From Candidatus Hydrothermarchaeota archaeon (GTDB taxonomy: Archaea; CAYFZR01), in NCBI GenBank assembly GCA_046760505.1, contig JBHIEG010000001.1, positions 52,023 to 116,022 of the forward strand: a stretch of 64,000 nucleotides of DNA. The letters run 5' to 3'. A model generated the notes under the pieces. It did no database searches. It worked only from the letters and a program-made list of their open reading frames with translations, and was not told the DNA's origin. Position numbers and translations under genes: made by a program. Positions within the stretch are counted from its first letter, which is position 1, and each line of letters begins with the position of its first letter. This document shows, piece after piece, positions 9,274 to 21,610 of the stretch.

Positions 9274-10518
9274 ATGAGAGTGTACGTTGAGAGCTACGGC
9301 TGTACCATGAACAAGGGAGATGCGGATTTAATCAGAGGTATTCTATCAATGAATGGTTTCTCCTTGGTAGATTCCCTGAGCGAGGCAGATCTTGTTGTAA
9401 TAAATACATGTACGGTAAAAGGACCCACAGAAAGAAAGATGATAAAAAGAATTAAAGAAATCAAAGAAACGAACAAAAAACTTGTTGTAAGCGGTTGCAT
9501 GAGCATGGCTCAGCCCGAACTTGTAAAGAGGATTCATCCCAAGGCTATTCTTTTAGGACCTAAAAGCGTGGACAAGATCATACCTGCAATAGAAAGGGAT
9601 TCCGACTTTTTGGATGAAAAAACTCCAAACAAAACCGATTTACCAACAGCAGAGAATTCCAAAATAATACAGATCTCAGAGGGTTGCTTGGGGAACTGCT
9701 CATATTGTATAGTCAAAATGGCGAGAGGTCAATTAAAAAGCTTTCCTTTGAGGAACATAATTAAGAGGCTAAGAGAATTCGTTGAAAAGGGAAGAAAGGA
9801 GATACTTCTAACCGCTTTGGACACCGCTGCCTACGGTCAGGACTTGGGTCTGAATTTGGCAGATCTTTTGTACGAGATAGATAAAATTGATGGTGAATTT
9901 TGGGTTAGAGTAGGAATGATGAATCCATCTCATGCCTTAGATTTTACAGACGAATTAGTAAACGCTTTTAAATCAGAAAAAATTTATAAATTCCTGCATT
10001 TACCGGTTCAGAGCGGGGACGATGATATCTTGGAGAAGATGAACAGGAATTATACCGTCGATGATTTTAAGTATATCGTAAATAGATTTAGGAAGGAGAT
10101 ACCCTATTTAACTCTTTCAACAGATGTGATTGTGGGATTTCCTACTGAAACAGAAGAGCAATTTCAAAATACATATAAACTAATTGAGAAAATAGAGCCG
10201 GACGTGCTTAACATAACAAGATTTTCCCCTAGACCTTTTACTGAGGCAAGCAGGATGAAACAAATACCTGACTGGATAAAAAAGAACAGATCTAGGAAAA
10301 TAAATGAGTTGAGATCCCGAATCTCATTAGAGAAGAATAAAAGATGGATAGGAAAAAGATTAAAGGTTCTTATATCCGAAAAAGGTAAAAAAGATGATTT
10401 TATCGCTAGAACCTTCTCATACAAGCCTGTTATTGTCTCGAAGGATGGGAAGATGCTCAACGAGTTCATAGAGGTAGATATCACCGGTGCCAAGGAAAAT
10501 TACCTGTTAGGCTCTTAA
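9274..10518 (+). CDS. mtaB: tRNA t6A37 methylthiotransferase (archaeal MtaB/MiaB-like radical SAM)
   Basis: ESYGCTMN, INTCTVK, VSGCM, GCLGNCSYC, HLPVQSG, C-terminal TRAM-like domain. ATG 9274 preferred over TTG 9253. Confidence 0.88.
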   Translation: MRVYVESYGCTMNKGDADLIRGILSMNGFSLVDSLSEADLVVINTCTVKGPTERKMIKRIKEIKETNKKLVVSGCMSMAQPELVKRIHPKAILLGPKSVDKIIPAIERDSDFLDEKTPNKTDLPTAENSKIIQISEGCLGNCSYCIVKMARGQLKSFPLRNIIKRLREFVEKGRKEILLTALDTAAYGQDLGLNLADLLYEIDKIDGEFWVRVGMMNPSHALDFTDELVNAFKSEKIYKFLHLPVQSGDDDILEKMNRNYTVDDFKYIVNRFRKEIPYLTLSTDVIVGFPTETEEQFQNTYKLIEKIEPDVLNITRFSPRPFTEASRMKQIPDWIKKNRSRKINELRSRISLEKNKRWIGKRLKVLISEKGKKDDFIARTFSYKPVIVSKDGKMLNEFIEVDITGAKENYLLGS

Positions 10519-10533
10519 ATAAATCAAATTAAA

Positions 10534-10851
10534 TCAACATCCCGTGGGCTCTATAGCCTGCTCTTCAGACCAGAGCATTATCAGATTTTTGTTTTCTAGC
10601 CTCTTCAGCACTCCATATAACAACTCGGGATCTAAATCTGTTCTTATCGAAAGTTCCAGAAGGGATATCGCTTCTTCGTTAGAACTGGGGATATGGGTGA
10701 ATACCATACCTTCAAGCCCATCTAATTTAACCTTCTTCTTAATAAATGAAGCAATCTTTAACTTTCTGGGTATTAATACGACTTTAACAGGATCGCCTTC
10801 CCTTTCTGTCCCTTCAAACTTTTCAACACAGTATATTTTTCCTATGTCCAT
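10534..10851 (-). CDS. hypothetical protein, possible C-terminal winged helix
   Basis: ISLLELS...LYGVLKRLENKNLI resembles a wHTH; overlaps the upstream gene end. Confidence 0.5.
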   Translation of the reverse strand: MDIGKIYCVEKFEGTEREGDPVKVVLIPRKLKIASFIKKKVKLDGLEGMVFTHIPSSNEEAISLLELSIRTDLDPELLYGVLKRLENKNLIMLWSEEQAIEPTGC

Positions 10852-11384
10852 TCAATATCACTTGAATCTAAAATTTTTCCGTTCAAGACTTCTTCTATTT
10901 GTTTAAGAGCCCACTCATGGTCTTCTTCGTTCAACCCTGCTACGCAATCTCTCGGTACTGTTATCCTGTAACCTAGATTGACTGCATCACTCGAAGTATA
11001 GAGCACGCATATATTCGTAACGATTCCGGTGATTATTAATTCCTCCACCTTAAATTCTCTGAGAATTGAATCTAAATCAGTGCCAAAAAATCCACTATAC
11101 TTCCTTTTACGAACGATATAATCATTTTTTTCAGGTTTTAGTTCATCTATAACTTCTGATCCTTCTGTGCCGCTCACACAGTGTCTGGGCCATATATCGA
11201 ATTCAGGATCATCTTCTCTATGACTATCACATATATATATTACCATAGTTTTTGTTTTTCTAGCCTTTTCAATCAAATTTTTTATTGGATTAATGATATT
11301 TCTAGATTCTGGAACTTCCAGTGGTGCATTTTCTTTAACAAAATCTTTTAACATGTCTATGATTAGCAATGCCTTCATAACCAT
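10842..11384 (-). CDS. isochorismatase-family cysteine hydrolase (nicotinamidase-like)
   Basis: LLIIDMLKDF, DSH, WPRHC, KRKYSGF, TNICV. Confidence 0.9.
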   Translation of the reverse strand: MVMKALLIIDMLKDFVKENAPLEVPESRNIINPIKNLIEKARKTKTMVIYICDSHREDDPEFDIWPRHCVSGTEGSEVIDELKPEKNDYIVRKRKYSGFFGTDLDSILREFKVEELIITGIVTNICVLYTSSDAVNLGYRITVPRDCVAGLNEEDHEWALKQIEEVLNGKILDSSDIEWT

Positions 11385-11432
11385 CCCAAATTTAATTAAA
11401 CAAATGTGCTTAAGTATTTGTCGCGCCCAGAA

Positions 11433-11732
11433 TTAGGTGAATTTAAAGAGCAAAAATTCTAGTAGTAGAGCAGAGAGTAAAATGATCCAGAATACAGGGT
11501 GGGTGAATATGAGGTTAAATCTCATCTTCCATGTAACGTGAGGAGTTAGATACTTGTTTAGTTCGAGTTCAACCTCTCTTATGAGATCGAGATTATCGAA
11601 TTGAGGGTTGTTCTTGATGAGTTCTAGGTTTCTGCTAATTTCCATTCTTCTTCGAACTGGAATATTTCTCTGAACTTTCCTGAACTTATTCTCCAGATCC
11701 GTCACTACGTCAATACCAGCTTCCATAGCCAT
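11433..11732 (-). CDS. hypothetical protein with C-terminal TM anchor
   Basis: Helical soluble part plus HPVFWIILLSALLLEFLLF. Confidence 0.55.
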   Translation of the reverse strand: MAMEAGIDVVTDLENKFRKVQRNIPVRRRMEISRNLELIKNNPQFDNLDLIREVELELNKYLTPHVTWKMRFNLIFTHPVFWIILLSALLLEFLLFKFT

Positions 11733-11862
11733 CTTCTCTAATCTAAATCGTTGTGATTTAGATGATAAACAACTTTTTAATTTGTAAAACCTATTTAATA
11801 TACTTTTTCGTTTTGAAATTTTGGATATGATTTTTGTATAAGTTTTTAGTAACTAAAAAATA

Positions 11863-12420
11863 ATGGAAGTTCATTTGTTGCGGATCGGTGAAGTTGAGGA
11901 TAAAATATTGAGCGAGATAAAGAATGATGTAGAAGAGGCTTTCAAGGGAATTGTTACGATAAAACTATCGGATACTTTCCTATCAATTCCTGAAGAATCA
12001 TGGAACAAAAGTAGGAGACAATACAAGTCAGATATCATCTTAGAAAAAATAGACAAAATGGGAAGAAATATGGGGCTCATTTTGGTGGGAATCACTCCAG
12101 AAGACCTTTACGTTTCAGGACTGAACTTTGTTTTCGGTCAGGCAAAGATACACGGAAATGCCTGTATAGTTTCCTTACACAGACTGAGACCTGAATTCTA
12201 TGGATCTATTGTGAGCGGAGAAGTGTTAAAAAAGAGATTGAAAAAAGAGATAATCCATGAGTTAGGACACGTCCTTGGATTGACTCACTGCTTTGATAAA
12301 AGTTGTGTAATGTCGTTTTCTAATAGCATAAAGGATGTGGATTACAAAAGAGAGGAATTGTGTCATAATTGCTGGAGGAAGTTGAATGAAGATAAGATCC
12401 ATGTCCCATTCAGACTTTGA
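11863..12420 (+). CDS. amzA: archaemetzincin Zn metalloprotease
   Basis: NFVFGQA, HELGHVLGLTHC...CVMSFS...C..C. Confidence 0.92.
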   Translation: MEVHLLRIGEVEDKILSEIKNDVEEAFKGIVTIKLSDTFLSIPEESWNKSRRQYKSDIILEKIDKMGRNMGLILVGITPEDLYVSGLNFVFGQAKIHGNACIVSLHRLRPEFYGSIVSGEVLKKRLKKEIIHELGHVLGLTHCFDKSCVMSFSNSIKDVDYKREELCHNCWRKLNEDKIHVPFRL

Positions 12421-12829
12421 CAGAGTGATAGAAATTGAAAGGGCATCATTTAAAGATCCGTGGTCACATATCAGTTTTCTGGATTTATTTCACTTCAGCC
12501 CAAAGGGATTCATTGTAGTAGAGGTCCAAGGCGAAATTGTTGGATACGCAATATATGTTCTAGAAACCAATGAAATAGGACACCTCCTGTCAATCGCAGT
12601 AGATCCTAACTGGAGAAGGAAAAAAATAGGTACCTCTCTAATGAACTATATTATAGAGGACCTAAGAAACAAGGGAGTAAAATATCTTAAGCTAGAGGTC
12701 AGGGAAGGAAATCTTCCTGCAATAAAGTTGTACAAATCACTCGGGTTTTTGGAAATTGAAATCATACGCTATTATTATAGTGATGGTGAAAATGCGATAC
12801 TGATGGTTAAGGATATAAGCAGAGAGTAA
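12386..12829 (+). CDS. rimI: RimI/Ard1-like N-terminal GNAT acetyltransferase
   Basis: IERASFKDPW, HLLSIAVDP.WRRKKIG, LEVREGN..AIKLY, YYSDGENA. Confidence 0.85.
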   Translation: MKIRSMSHSDFDRVIEIERASFKDPWSHISFLDLFHFSPKGFIVVEVQGEIVGYAIYVLETNEIGHLLSIAVDPNWRRKKIGTSLMNYIIEDLRNKGVKYLKLEVREGNLPAIKLYKSLGFLEIEIIRYYYSDGENAILMVKDISRE

Positions 12830-12905
12830 GTGCAATCAAAGGTTAAAAAACCAACTTTTAAGGTACTTTTTAATCACCATTCTGAACATCCTCTTAATCG
12901 TAAGA

Positions 12906-12961
12906 TTTATATATGACATCTAACGCAAGATTATTTAGTGGGTCTAACACTCATGAGGTGA
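12906..12961 (+). promoter_or_regulatory. hsp20-cdc48 promoter: TATA box, CTAAC/TTAG half-sites, SD
   Basis: TTTATATA near 12906-12913; CTAAC 12920-12924, TTAG 12935-12938, CTAAC 12944-12948; SD GAGGTGA 12955-12961. Confidence 0.45.
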
Positions 12962-12966
12962 TGAAA

Positions 12967-15704
<2,738 letters not shown>

Positions 15705-15742
15705 TAAGGGTGTATCCTTCCACCCCAATTTTTCAGAAATTA

Positions 15743-16174
15743 TCAGATCGCTATACCGTGTTCCTCTTTCATTATATTCAAAACCACCATGGTGTACGTT
15801 CTTTTAACGTGCTCCATTGCCAAAACTTTTTTTACGAAATCGTTCAAACTGGAACGATCTTTGAATTTAGCCACGATTATGGCATCGTACTCTCCAGTAA
15901 CGTCATAAACTGCAGAAACATTCGGTTCATCTGCGATCTTTTTTTCTATCTCTAATAAATGTCCACCCTCCACAATAATACCGATTATCGCAGCTAAGTC
16001 ATAACCCAACTTTGAGTAATCTATGTTTGGAATGAATCCTTTTATTATTTTAAGTTCTCGAAGCTTGTTAAATCTATTGTACACCGTTCCCTTGGCAACA
16101 TCCAATTTATTGGCTAACGCCCTGAAGCTCTGGCGTGCATCTTTCTTTAATTCTCTGAGTATGTTTAAATCCAA
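15743..16174 (-). CDS. Lrp/AsnC transcriptional regulator (N-terminus apparently clipped)
   Basis: DLNILRELKKDARQSFRALA HTH, VYDVTGEYD. Only a TTG start at LDLNIL and no upstream promoter space. Confidence 0.8.
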   Translation of the reverse strand: MDLNILRELKKDARQSFRALANKLDVAKGTVYNRFNKLRELKIIKGFIPNIDYSKLGYDLAAIIGIIVEGGHLLEIEKKIADEPNVSAVYDVTGEYDAIIVAKFKDRSSLNDFVKKVLAMEHVKRTYTMVVLNIMKEEHGIAI

Positions 16175-16177
16175 GTC

Positions 16178-16504
16178 ATGGGGATTATCAGGGATGAAAA
16201 ATTGGAGGATGTTAAGATAGCGCTTGAGAAAGTCGGAATCATAGGACTAAATGTAACAGAGGTCAAGGGCAGGGGTCGCCAGAAGGGAATTCCACTTCAA
16301 TGGCGAGCCACTACGTACATTGTAGATATGCTTCCGAAAATAAAACTGGACATTGTGGTAAAGGATGAGGACTTGGAAAAAGTTGTTAATACAATCCTAG
16401 AATCGGCATGGACAGGTAACTTTGGCGATGGAATGATTTTCGTTATTCCGGTGGAGGAGGTGATAAGGGTCAGAACCGGAGAGAGGGGAGAGGATGCATT
16501 ATGA
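16178..16504 (+). CDS. glnK: P-II nitrogen regulatory protein (first residues missing)
   Basis: IIR.EKL..VK.AL, EVKGRGRQKG, T-loop Tyr, TGNFGDGMIFV.PVEEVIRVRTGE. Lacks the usual MKKIEA start. Confidence 0.88.
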   Translation: MGIIRDEKLEDVKIALEKVGIIGLNVTEVKGRGRQKGIPLQWRATTYIVDMLPKIKLDIVVKDEDLEKVVNTILESAWTGNFGDGMIFVIPVEEVIRVRTGERGEDAL

Positions 16505-16755
16505 GTAGTTAGAGGTCCAAGATCAACCGAGTCTTGCCTCTATCTATTTCTCTCGTTTTCTGGATATGCATCACAGAAAAAGTAAGAATTCATCAAGAAT
16601 TTATCCATGGACATGATAGGGAGAAACTAAGATTCTTAAGTTAAATCCAGAAAACACCCCCATCACAAAAGTGTAACAAAAAGCATACAATAGAAATTCC
16701 GTTTAGAGGGATAAGTGCGTGGAAGATGCGGAACATCGTAGGTTACTCTCAGATT

Positions 16756-17733
16756 CTAAAGTTTTCTGAACTTTTTTATATCAATTATGGATTCCATGGC
16801 CATTGTCTCCGTTTCAAATCCCTTTTCTTCTACTGCTGCCATAGAATTGACTCCACCTATCAGAGATATACCAATCTTGTCTTTTCCAACAGGTATTCCA
16901 AGCAAAGGCTGATTTGGCTCTCCAAATTCTAATAGACCTGTGAAACCTCTCCTTTCCATTAACTCTAATATCTCTCTCGCCTGTTCTTTGGCAACCATCG
17001 GTATCTCCCTAAAGTTTGCTAAAATCTTGCCTTTTCCTGTTTCTATTGTTTCATTGATGGATGTTATCCTCTTTGTCATGAAAACCTCGAGTGGATCCAA
17101 GGAGGATCCATGGTATGATATTGCATCCGAAAATCTATAGGGCCTATGATCCAGCATTTGAACTACTCCACCGAACCTTGGCTCTACGGGGATTCCAGAC
17201 TTTAAGAGTACTCCGTCAAATGTTATGCTACATATGGTTGAGATACCACTTTTATCTCTCGGAACCTCATATTCGCCTATTATCTCGCCCTCATCTACCA
17301 CTAGCACATGAGAGCTTATTGACAAGCCCGCATCATGGACCTTTCGCATTATTTCAAGTATTTCCTCTACATATTTTTTGTCAACAAAGCTTATATTGCT
17401 CGCTACTGCTCCTTTGTCAGTTTTGGGATCGTAGGTCACGTAGTACGCTATTGTTTCAATTTTTGTTATGATGAATCCCAATCTATCATGAACCAGTGCA
17501 TTTTCCAACTCTTCTATACCTTTTTTTGTAATAATTCGACCTGCTTGCCCATGTTTTTTCGTTAATCCTCTTTCATCCATGATCCTTAGATAATATCTGA
17601 CCGCCCTTTCTCCTATTGTATAACCCGCATCTGCCAGTTCTCTTGCTATTATTCTTGCTCCAACTGGACCTTTTCTGTTTTTGAGGCATCTCAATATTTC
17701 AATTATCTTTCTTTGTATATCTACATCTTCCAT
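16756..17733 (-). CDS. nrpR: NrpR-family nitrogen repressor (wHTH plus a single DUF128/NRD domain)
   Basis: GARIIARELA..GY.IGERAVRYYL, TICSITFDGVL, Y.GSSLDPLEVF, GKILANFRE, GGVN; located between glnA and glnK. Confidence 0.85.
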   Translation of the reverse strand: MEDVDIQRKIIEILRCLKNRKGPVGARIIARELADAGYTIGERAVRYYLRIMDERGLTKKHGQAGRIITKKGIEELENALVHDRLGFIITKIETIAYYVTYDPKTDKGAVASNISFVDKKYVEEILEIMRKVHDAGLSISSHVLVVDEGEIIGEYEVPRDKSGISTICSITFDGVLLKSGIPVEPRFGGVVQMLDHRPYRFSDAISYHGSSLDPLEVFMTKRITSINETIETGKGKILANFREIPMVAKEQAREILELMERRGFTGLLEFGEPNQPLLGIPVGKDKIGISLIGGVNSMAAVEEKGFETETMAMESIIDIKKFRKL

Positions 17734-17749
17734 AGCGATTACTCCATGC

Positions 17750-17763
17750 GGGATCTGTTTTCC
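17750..17763. promoter_or_regulatory. possible NrpR operator upstream of nrpR (1 mismatch)
   Basis: GGGA-TCTGTT-TTCC, 16 nt upstream of the nrpR start. Confidence 0.4.
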
Positions 17764-17833
17764 AGTATAGAAAGACTCAAGATTATTTAAGTTCTACGCA
17801 TCTTCAATAAAAGGAAAAAACCTTTGGTTAGGC

Positions 17834-19171
17834 TCAAAGCAGGTGGAGATATTTCTTTATCTCATATGGATGCACTTGGATGCTGTACTCCTCCCATTCC
17901 TTTTTCTTTAGATCTAGGAAGTTTTCATAGACATGATCTCCCAATGCTTTTCTAACTAGTTCACTATTCTCCATTTCCTCGATAGCCTCCTTTAATGAAG
18001 AAGGTAGGGACTCTATACCCAGTTCTTTCTTCTCTTCCTCGCTTAGAGCATAGATATCTCTTTCTATTGGCTCAGGAAGTTCGTATTTCTTTTTGATACC
18101 CTCCATGCCCGCTGCAAGCATTACCGAGAACGCAAGGTATGGATTGCAAGCGGGGTCTGGAGATCTGAGCTCCGCTCTCATCGCCAGTTCTTTTCCTGGT
18201 TTGTACATCGGTACTCTTATTAAGGCAGAGCGGTTTCTCCTTGCCCATGAGATATACACAGGCGCCTCGTATCCAGGCACCAAACGCTTGTAGGAATTTA
18301 CCCACTGGGCCAGTACTGCACAAATTTCCCTTGCATGGACGAGTTGACCTGCTATAAATCTTTTTCCAATATCAGAAAGCTTATACTCGTCATCAGGGTC
18401 GAAGAATGCATTTTTGTTCCCTTTAAACAAAGACTGATGGGTATGCATGCCGCTCGCATTCTCTCCAAATATAGGCTTCGGCATAAATGTGGCGTATACC
18501 CCATGGATCTGAGCAATTGCCTTTACCGCAAGCTTATACGATTGGGTATAATCAGCCATCCTCAGGGCATCTGTGAATCTAAGATCTATCTCATGCTGAC
18601 TTGGAGCCACTTCATGATGGCTGTATTCTACGCGTATGCCCATTTCTTCCAATGCAAAAATTGTCTCTCTCCTAAGATCCGTTGCTAGGTCGAGCGGAAT
18701 TAAGTCGAAGTAACCTCCCCTATCAAGCACTTCCGGCTCCTGTGAGGATTTAAAGTAGAAGTACTCTAGTTCAGGGCCAAGGTTATAGATGTACCCTTCT
18801 TTTTCGAGTTCTTTGAGATTTCTCTTCAATACATAACGGGGACAACCCTCAAAATTCTTTCCGCCAGGCTCTAATACATCGCAGATTAATCTCGCAACAC
18901 CTTTCTCCTTCGGCCTCCATGGAAGTATGGCAAATGTATCTGGGTCAGGCAACGCTACCATGTCGCTTTCTTCTATATGCACGTACCCTGTTATAGATGA
19001 GCCATCAAAGCCCATGCCATCGTCGAGAGCATTTTCCAATTCCTCGAATGGAATTGCAAAACTTTTCAAAATACCCAATATATCCGTAAATTGAAGTCTT
19101 ATGAACTTTATATCTTTATTTTTACAGGTTTCTATAATCTCCTTTTTTTTCTCTTCTATTGTCTTTTCCAT
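17834..19171 (-). CDS. glnA: glutamine synthetase type I
   Basis: FDGSSI.G, GPELEY, HHEVAPSQHEI, FMPKP, GMHTHQSL, NSYKRLVPGYEAP, RNRSALIRVP, ELRSPDP. Confidence 0.97.
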   Translation of the reverse strand: MEKTIEEKKKEIIETCKNKDIKFIRLQFTDILGILKSFAIPFEELENALDDGMGFDGSSITGYVHIEESDMVALPDPDTFAILPWRPKEKGVARLICDVLEPGGKNFEGCPRYVLKRNLKELEKEGYIYNLGPELEYFYFKSSQEPEVLDRGGYFDLIPLDLATDLRRETIFALEEMGIRVEYSHHEVAPSQHEIDLRFTDALRMADYTQSYKLAVKAIAQIHGVYATFMPKPIFGENASGMHTHQSLFKGNKNAFFDPDDEYKLSDIGKRFIAGQLVHAREICAVLAQWVNSYKRLVPGYEAPVYISWARRNRSALIRVPMYKPGKELAMRAELRSPDPACNPYLAFSVMLAAGMEGIKKKYELPEPIERDIYALSEEEKKELGIESLPSSLKEAIEEMENSELVRKALGDHVYENFLDLKKKEWEEYSIQVHPYEIKKYLHLL

Positions 19172-19207
19172 GATCTCACCACCTCCCTATCCATGAACTT
19201 CATCGAC

Positions 19208-19240
19208 TAGGAAGGAGGTTTCCTATGTTGTATATATATT
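19208..19240 (-). promoter_or_regulatory. glnA promoter: TATA box followed by NrpR operator
   Basis: Palindrome TAGGAA-GGAGGT-TTCCTA at 19208-19225 (core GGAA-N6-TTCC 19210-19223); minus-strand AATATATATA at 19231-19240. Confidence 0.85.
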
Positions 19241-19277
19241 CTTCGCCAAGGTAACTTCAGCCAGAAAAGGATTCGCA

Positions 19278-19934
19278 TTATTTTTTGACTATTTTTACTC
19301 CTTCTTTGGACCCTACCAGAACTCTTTCAACGGGACAGGTAAATATTCCGTTTTCTACCACGCCAGGTATTGAATTCAACTCAATTTCTAATTCTTTTGG
19401 CTTATCTAAATCTTTTACCTCTAAATCACAAATAAAATTACCAAAATCAGTTATAAAAGGTCTATTTTCTTTCCATCTCAGGGAAGGATTGCCTATTTTC
19501 TTCAATTCCTCTTCTACAACTCTCAATGCCTTTGGTATCACCTCTACAGGAATCGGGTGAGAAAATTTCTCGACCATTTTTCTCTCTTCAACAATGACTA
19601 TGAACCTCCTAGCGCTATAATCAACAATTTTTTCTAAAGTATGGGCTCCTCCTCCACCTTTTATAAGAATAAGATCGCTGTTGACTTGATCGGCACCATC
19701 TATCGCTATATCACATTCGTATTCATTTAATGAGGCTACTTTTATGTTGTTTTCTATGGCTAAAAGCATTGACTGGTAAGAAGTAGGAATTCCTATCACG
19801 TCTAAGCCATTCCTAACCTCTTTTCCCAAGGCAACTATGAACTCCGCTACCGTGGATCCTGTTCCAATGCCCACAACATCGCCATCTTTAATGTATTTTA
19901 ATGCCTCTTTGGCTAGTAATTTTTTTGCGTGCAT
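19278..19934 (-). CDS. rpiA: ribose-5-phosphate isomerase A
   Basis: GIGTGSTV, IDGADQV, IKGGGGAH..EK, GVVENGIF. Confidence 0.95.
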   Translation of the reverse strand: MHAKKLLAKEALKYIKDGDVVGIGTGSTVAEFIVALGKEVRNGLDVIGIPTSYQSMLLAIENNIKVASLNEYECDIAIDGADQVNSDLILIKGGGGAHTLEKIVDYSARRFIVIVEERKMVEKFSHPIPVEVIPKALRVVEEELKKIGNPSLRWKENRPFITDFGNFICDLEVKDLDKPKELEIELNSIPGVVENGIFTCPVERVLVGSKEGVKIVKK

Positions 19935-20000
19935 TAAAAACCCTCTAACCCATTGTTTATCTCTCCTAAATATTTATATTATTGCACTTACCGTTAAACC

Positions 20001-20609
20001 ATGGGTCGTAAAATAAAAATCCTACTCATTTTGTTATTCTTATTAGGTATGTTATCCTTGATCATTTTCCCAAAAAGATCAAAGCAATATGAGGCGGAGT
20101 TGATAAGAGGAGGGGGTGAAAATGCTGAAGTAATTACCATTGGAGTTATATCTGATACTCATATACCTAAGAGAGCTCAAAAACTCCCGCGAGAGATCTA
20201 CGAAATATTTGAAAACACTAGCATGATAATTCATGCGGGAGATATGGTAGATACGAGGGTAATAAATGAGTTGGAGAAAATTTCTCGGGTTATAGCGGTT
20301 TATGGGAACATGGATCCTCCTCAAATAAGAGAAAAATTCCCAAAAATTAACTCAATCGAGATTTATGGCTGGAAAATTGGTGTAACACATAATTCAATAA
20401 TAAGGAGTGGTGAAATGAAAGAGATAGCGATGAAAAACGACTTCGATGTCCTGATTTTCGGACACACTCACAGGGCATCTATCGTGAAAGAAAACGGGAG
20501 GATTTACCTAAATCCGGGCAGTCCAACAAACCCCTTACTGGCTAAACCTAGTGTTGCGGTATTAAAAGTGAGTAGAAATAAAATAACTGCTAGAATAGTT
20601 GAGATTTAA
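20001..20609 (+). CDS. YfcE/MJ0936-like metallophosphoesterase with N-terminal membrane anchor
   Basis: ISDTH, HAGD, GNMD, FGHTH, NPGSPT; hydrophobic N-terminus. Confidence 0.85.
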   Translation: MGRKIKILLILLFLLGMLSLIIFPKRSKQYEAELIRGGGENAEVITIGVISDTHIPKRAQKLPREIYEIFENTSMIIHAGDMVDTRVINELEKISRVIAVYGNMDPPQIREKFPKINSIEIYGWKIGVTHNSIIRSGEMKEIAMKNDFDVLIFGHTHRASIVKENGRIYLNPGSPTNPLLAKPSVAVLKVSRNKITARIVEI

Positions 20610-21590
20610 ATGTTTGCTTTCAAAGCGCTTGCAAATATTATAAAAAGCAGGTATTCTCCTGTTCCTTTGGTTATATGTCACAACATAACTTATAAATGTA
20701 ATTTAAGATGCAAATTCTGTCGTTTTTGGAGAATAAAACCTCAACAAAAAGAACTAACCTTTGAAGAAATTCAACGAATCATCGATGAATCCAGGGAATT
20801 AGGCGCAATAATGTATAATGTATGGGGTACAGAGCCTCTTATGAGAGAAGATCTGCTAAATTGTTTAAGCTATGCAAAAGAAAAGGGCTTAAGAACTTGT
20901 CTCATAACAAACGGCATACTCCTCGAAAATAGGGTTAAAGAACTCTCTAAGTTGATAGATTATTTGATCGTATCTGTAGACGGACTGGATGATACATACG
21001 AGAAGATAAGAGGTATTAACTTTAGAACAATACTAAGGGCTCTTGAAAAGGTAAAAGAGTATAAAATTAAAACTACGTTGAACTACGTTATATGCGGTCT
21101 AAATCTAGGAGGAATACGAAAAACCATATCTTTCGCAAACGATATGGGCTTTTACATAAGTTTTGAACCAGTTCATTATTTTCCCGAAATAGAGGAAGAC
21201 TGGGAAGAAATAAAAATAAAGGACCAAGACTCTTATATTAAGGCGATAGAGACAATCATCGAGATGAAGAAGGAAGGATACAAGATTGCAAATTCTTTTA
21301 AGTACTTGTCCCTGTTGAAAGAAAATAGAAGAGACTTCAGATGTAGTGTGGGAAACTTTCTCTTGCATATAGAGCCAGATGGCTCTGTTTACATTCCATG
21401 CGGTAAATGGGGCAAGATTGGCTCTGCAAGAGAGAACTCGCTAAGGAATATATGGTTCTCTAGTGAGGCGAAAAAAAGGAGAAATCATGCCAAAGATTGT
21501 AGAGATTGTCTTTTCTCGGGTTATATTGAGTCTTCCCTCCTATATTCTTTTAATTTAAGTGCACTGAAAAATTTTTTCATGAATATATAG
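20610..21590 (+). CDS. radical SAM protein with C-terminal SPASM/twitch-like Cys motif
   Basis: CNLRCKFC; C...PDG.V..PC; C..C. Confidence 0.85.
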   Translation: MFAFKALANIIKSRYSPVPLVICHNITYKCNLRCKFCRFWRIKPQQKELTFEEIQRIIDESRELGAIMYNVWGTEPLMREDLLNCLSYAKEKGLRTCLITNGILLENRVKELSKLIDYLIVSVDGLDDTYEKIRGINFRTILRALEKVKEYKIKTTLNYVICGLNLGGIRKTISFANDMGFYISFEPVHYFPEIEEDWEEIKIKDQDSYIKAIETIIEMKKEGYKIANSFKYLSLLKENRRDFRCSVGNFLLHIEPDGSVYIPCGKWGKIGSARENSLRNIWFSSEAKKRRNHAKDCRDCLFSGYIESSLLYSFNLSALKNFFMNI

Positions 21591-21610
21591 AAGAGCAAAA
21601 AGGGATATTT

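Noticed and set aside
16505-16755. 250-nt gap between glnK and nrpR as an amtB remnant or ncRNA
   Set aside because: No recognisable protein motif, strong hairpin or NrpR box found by eye.
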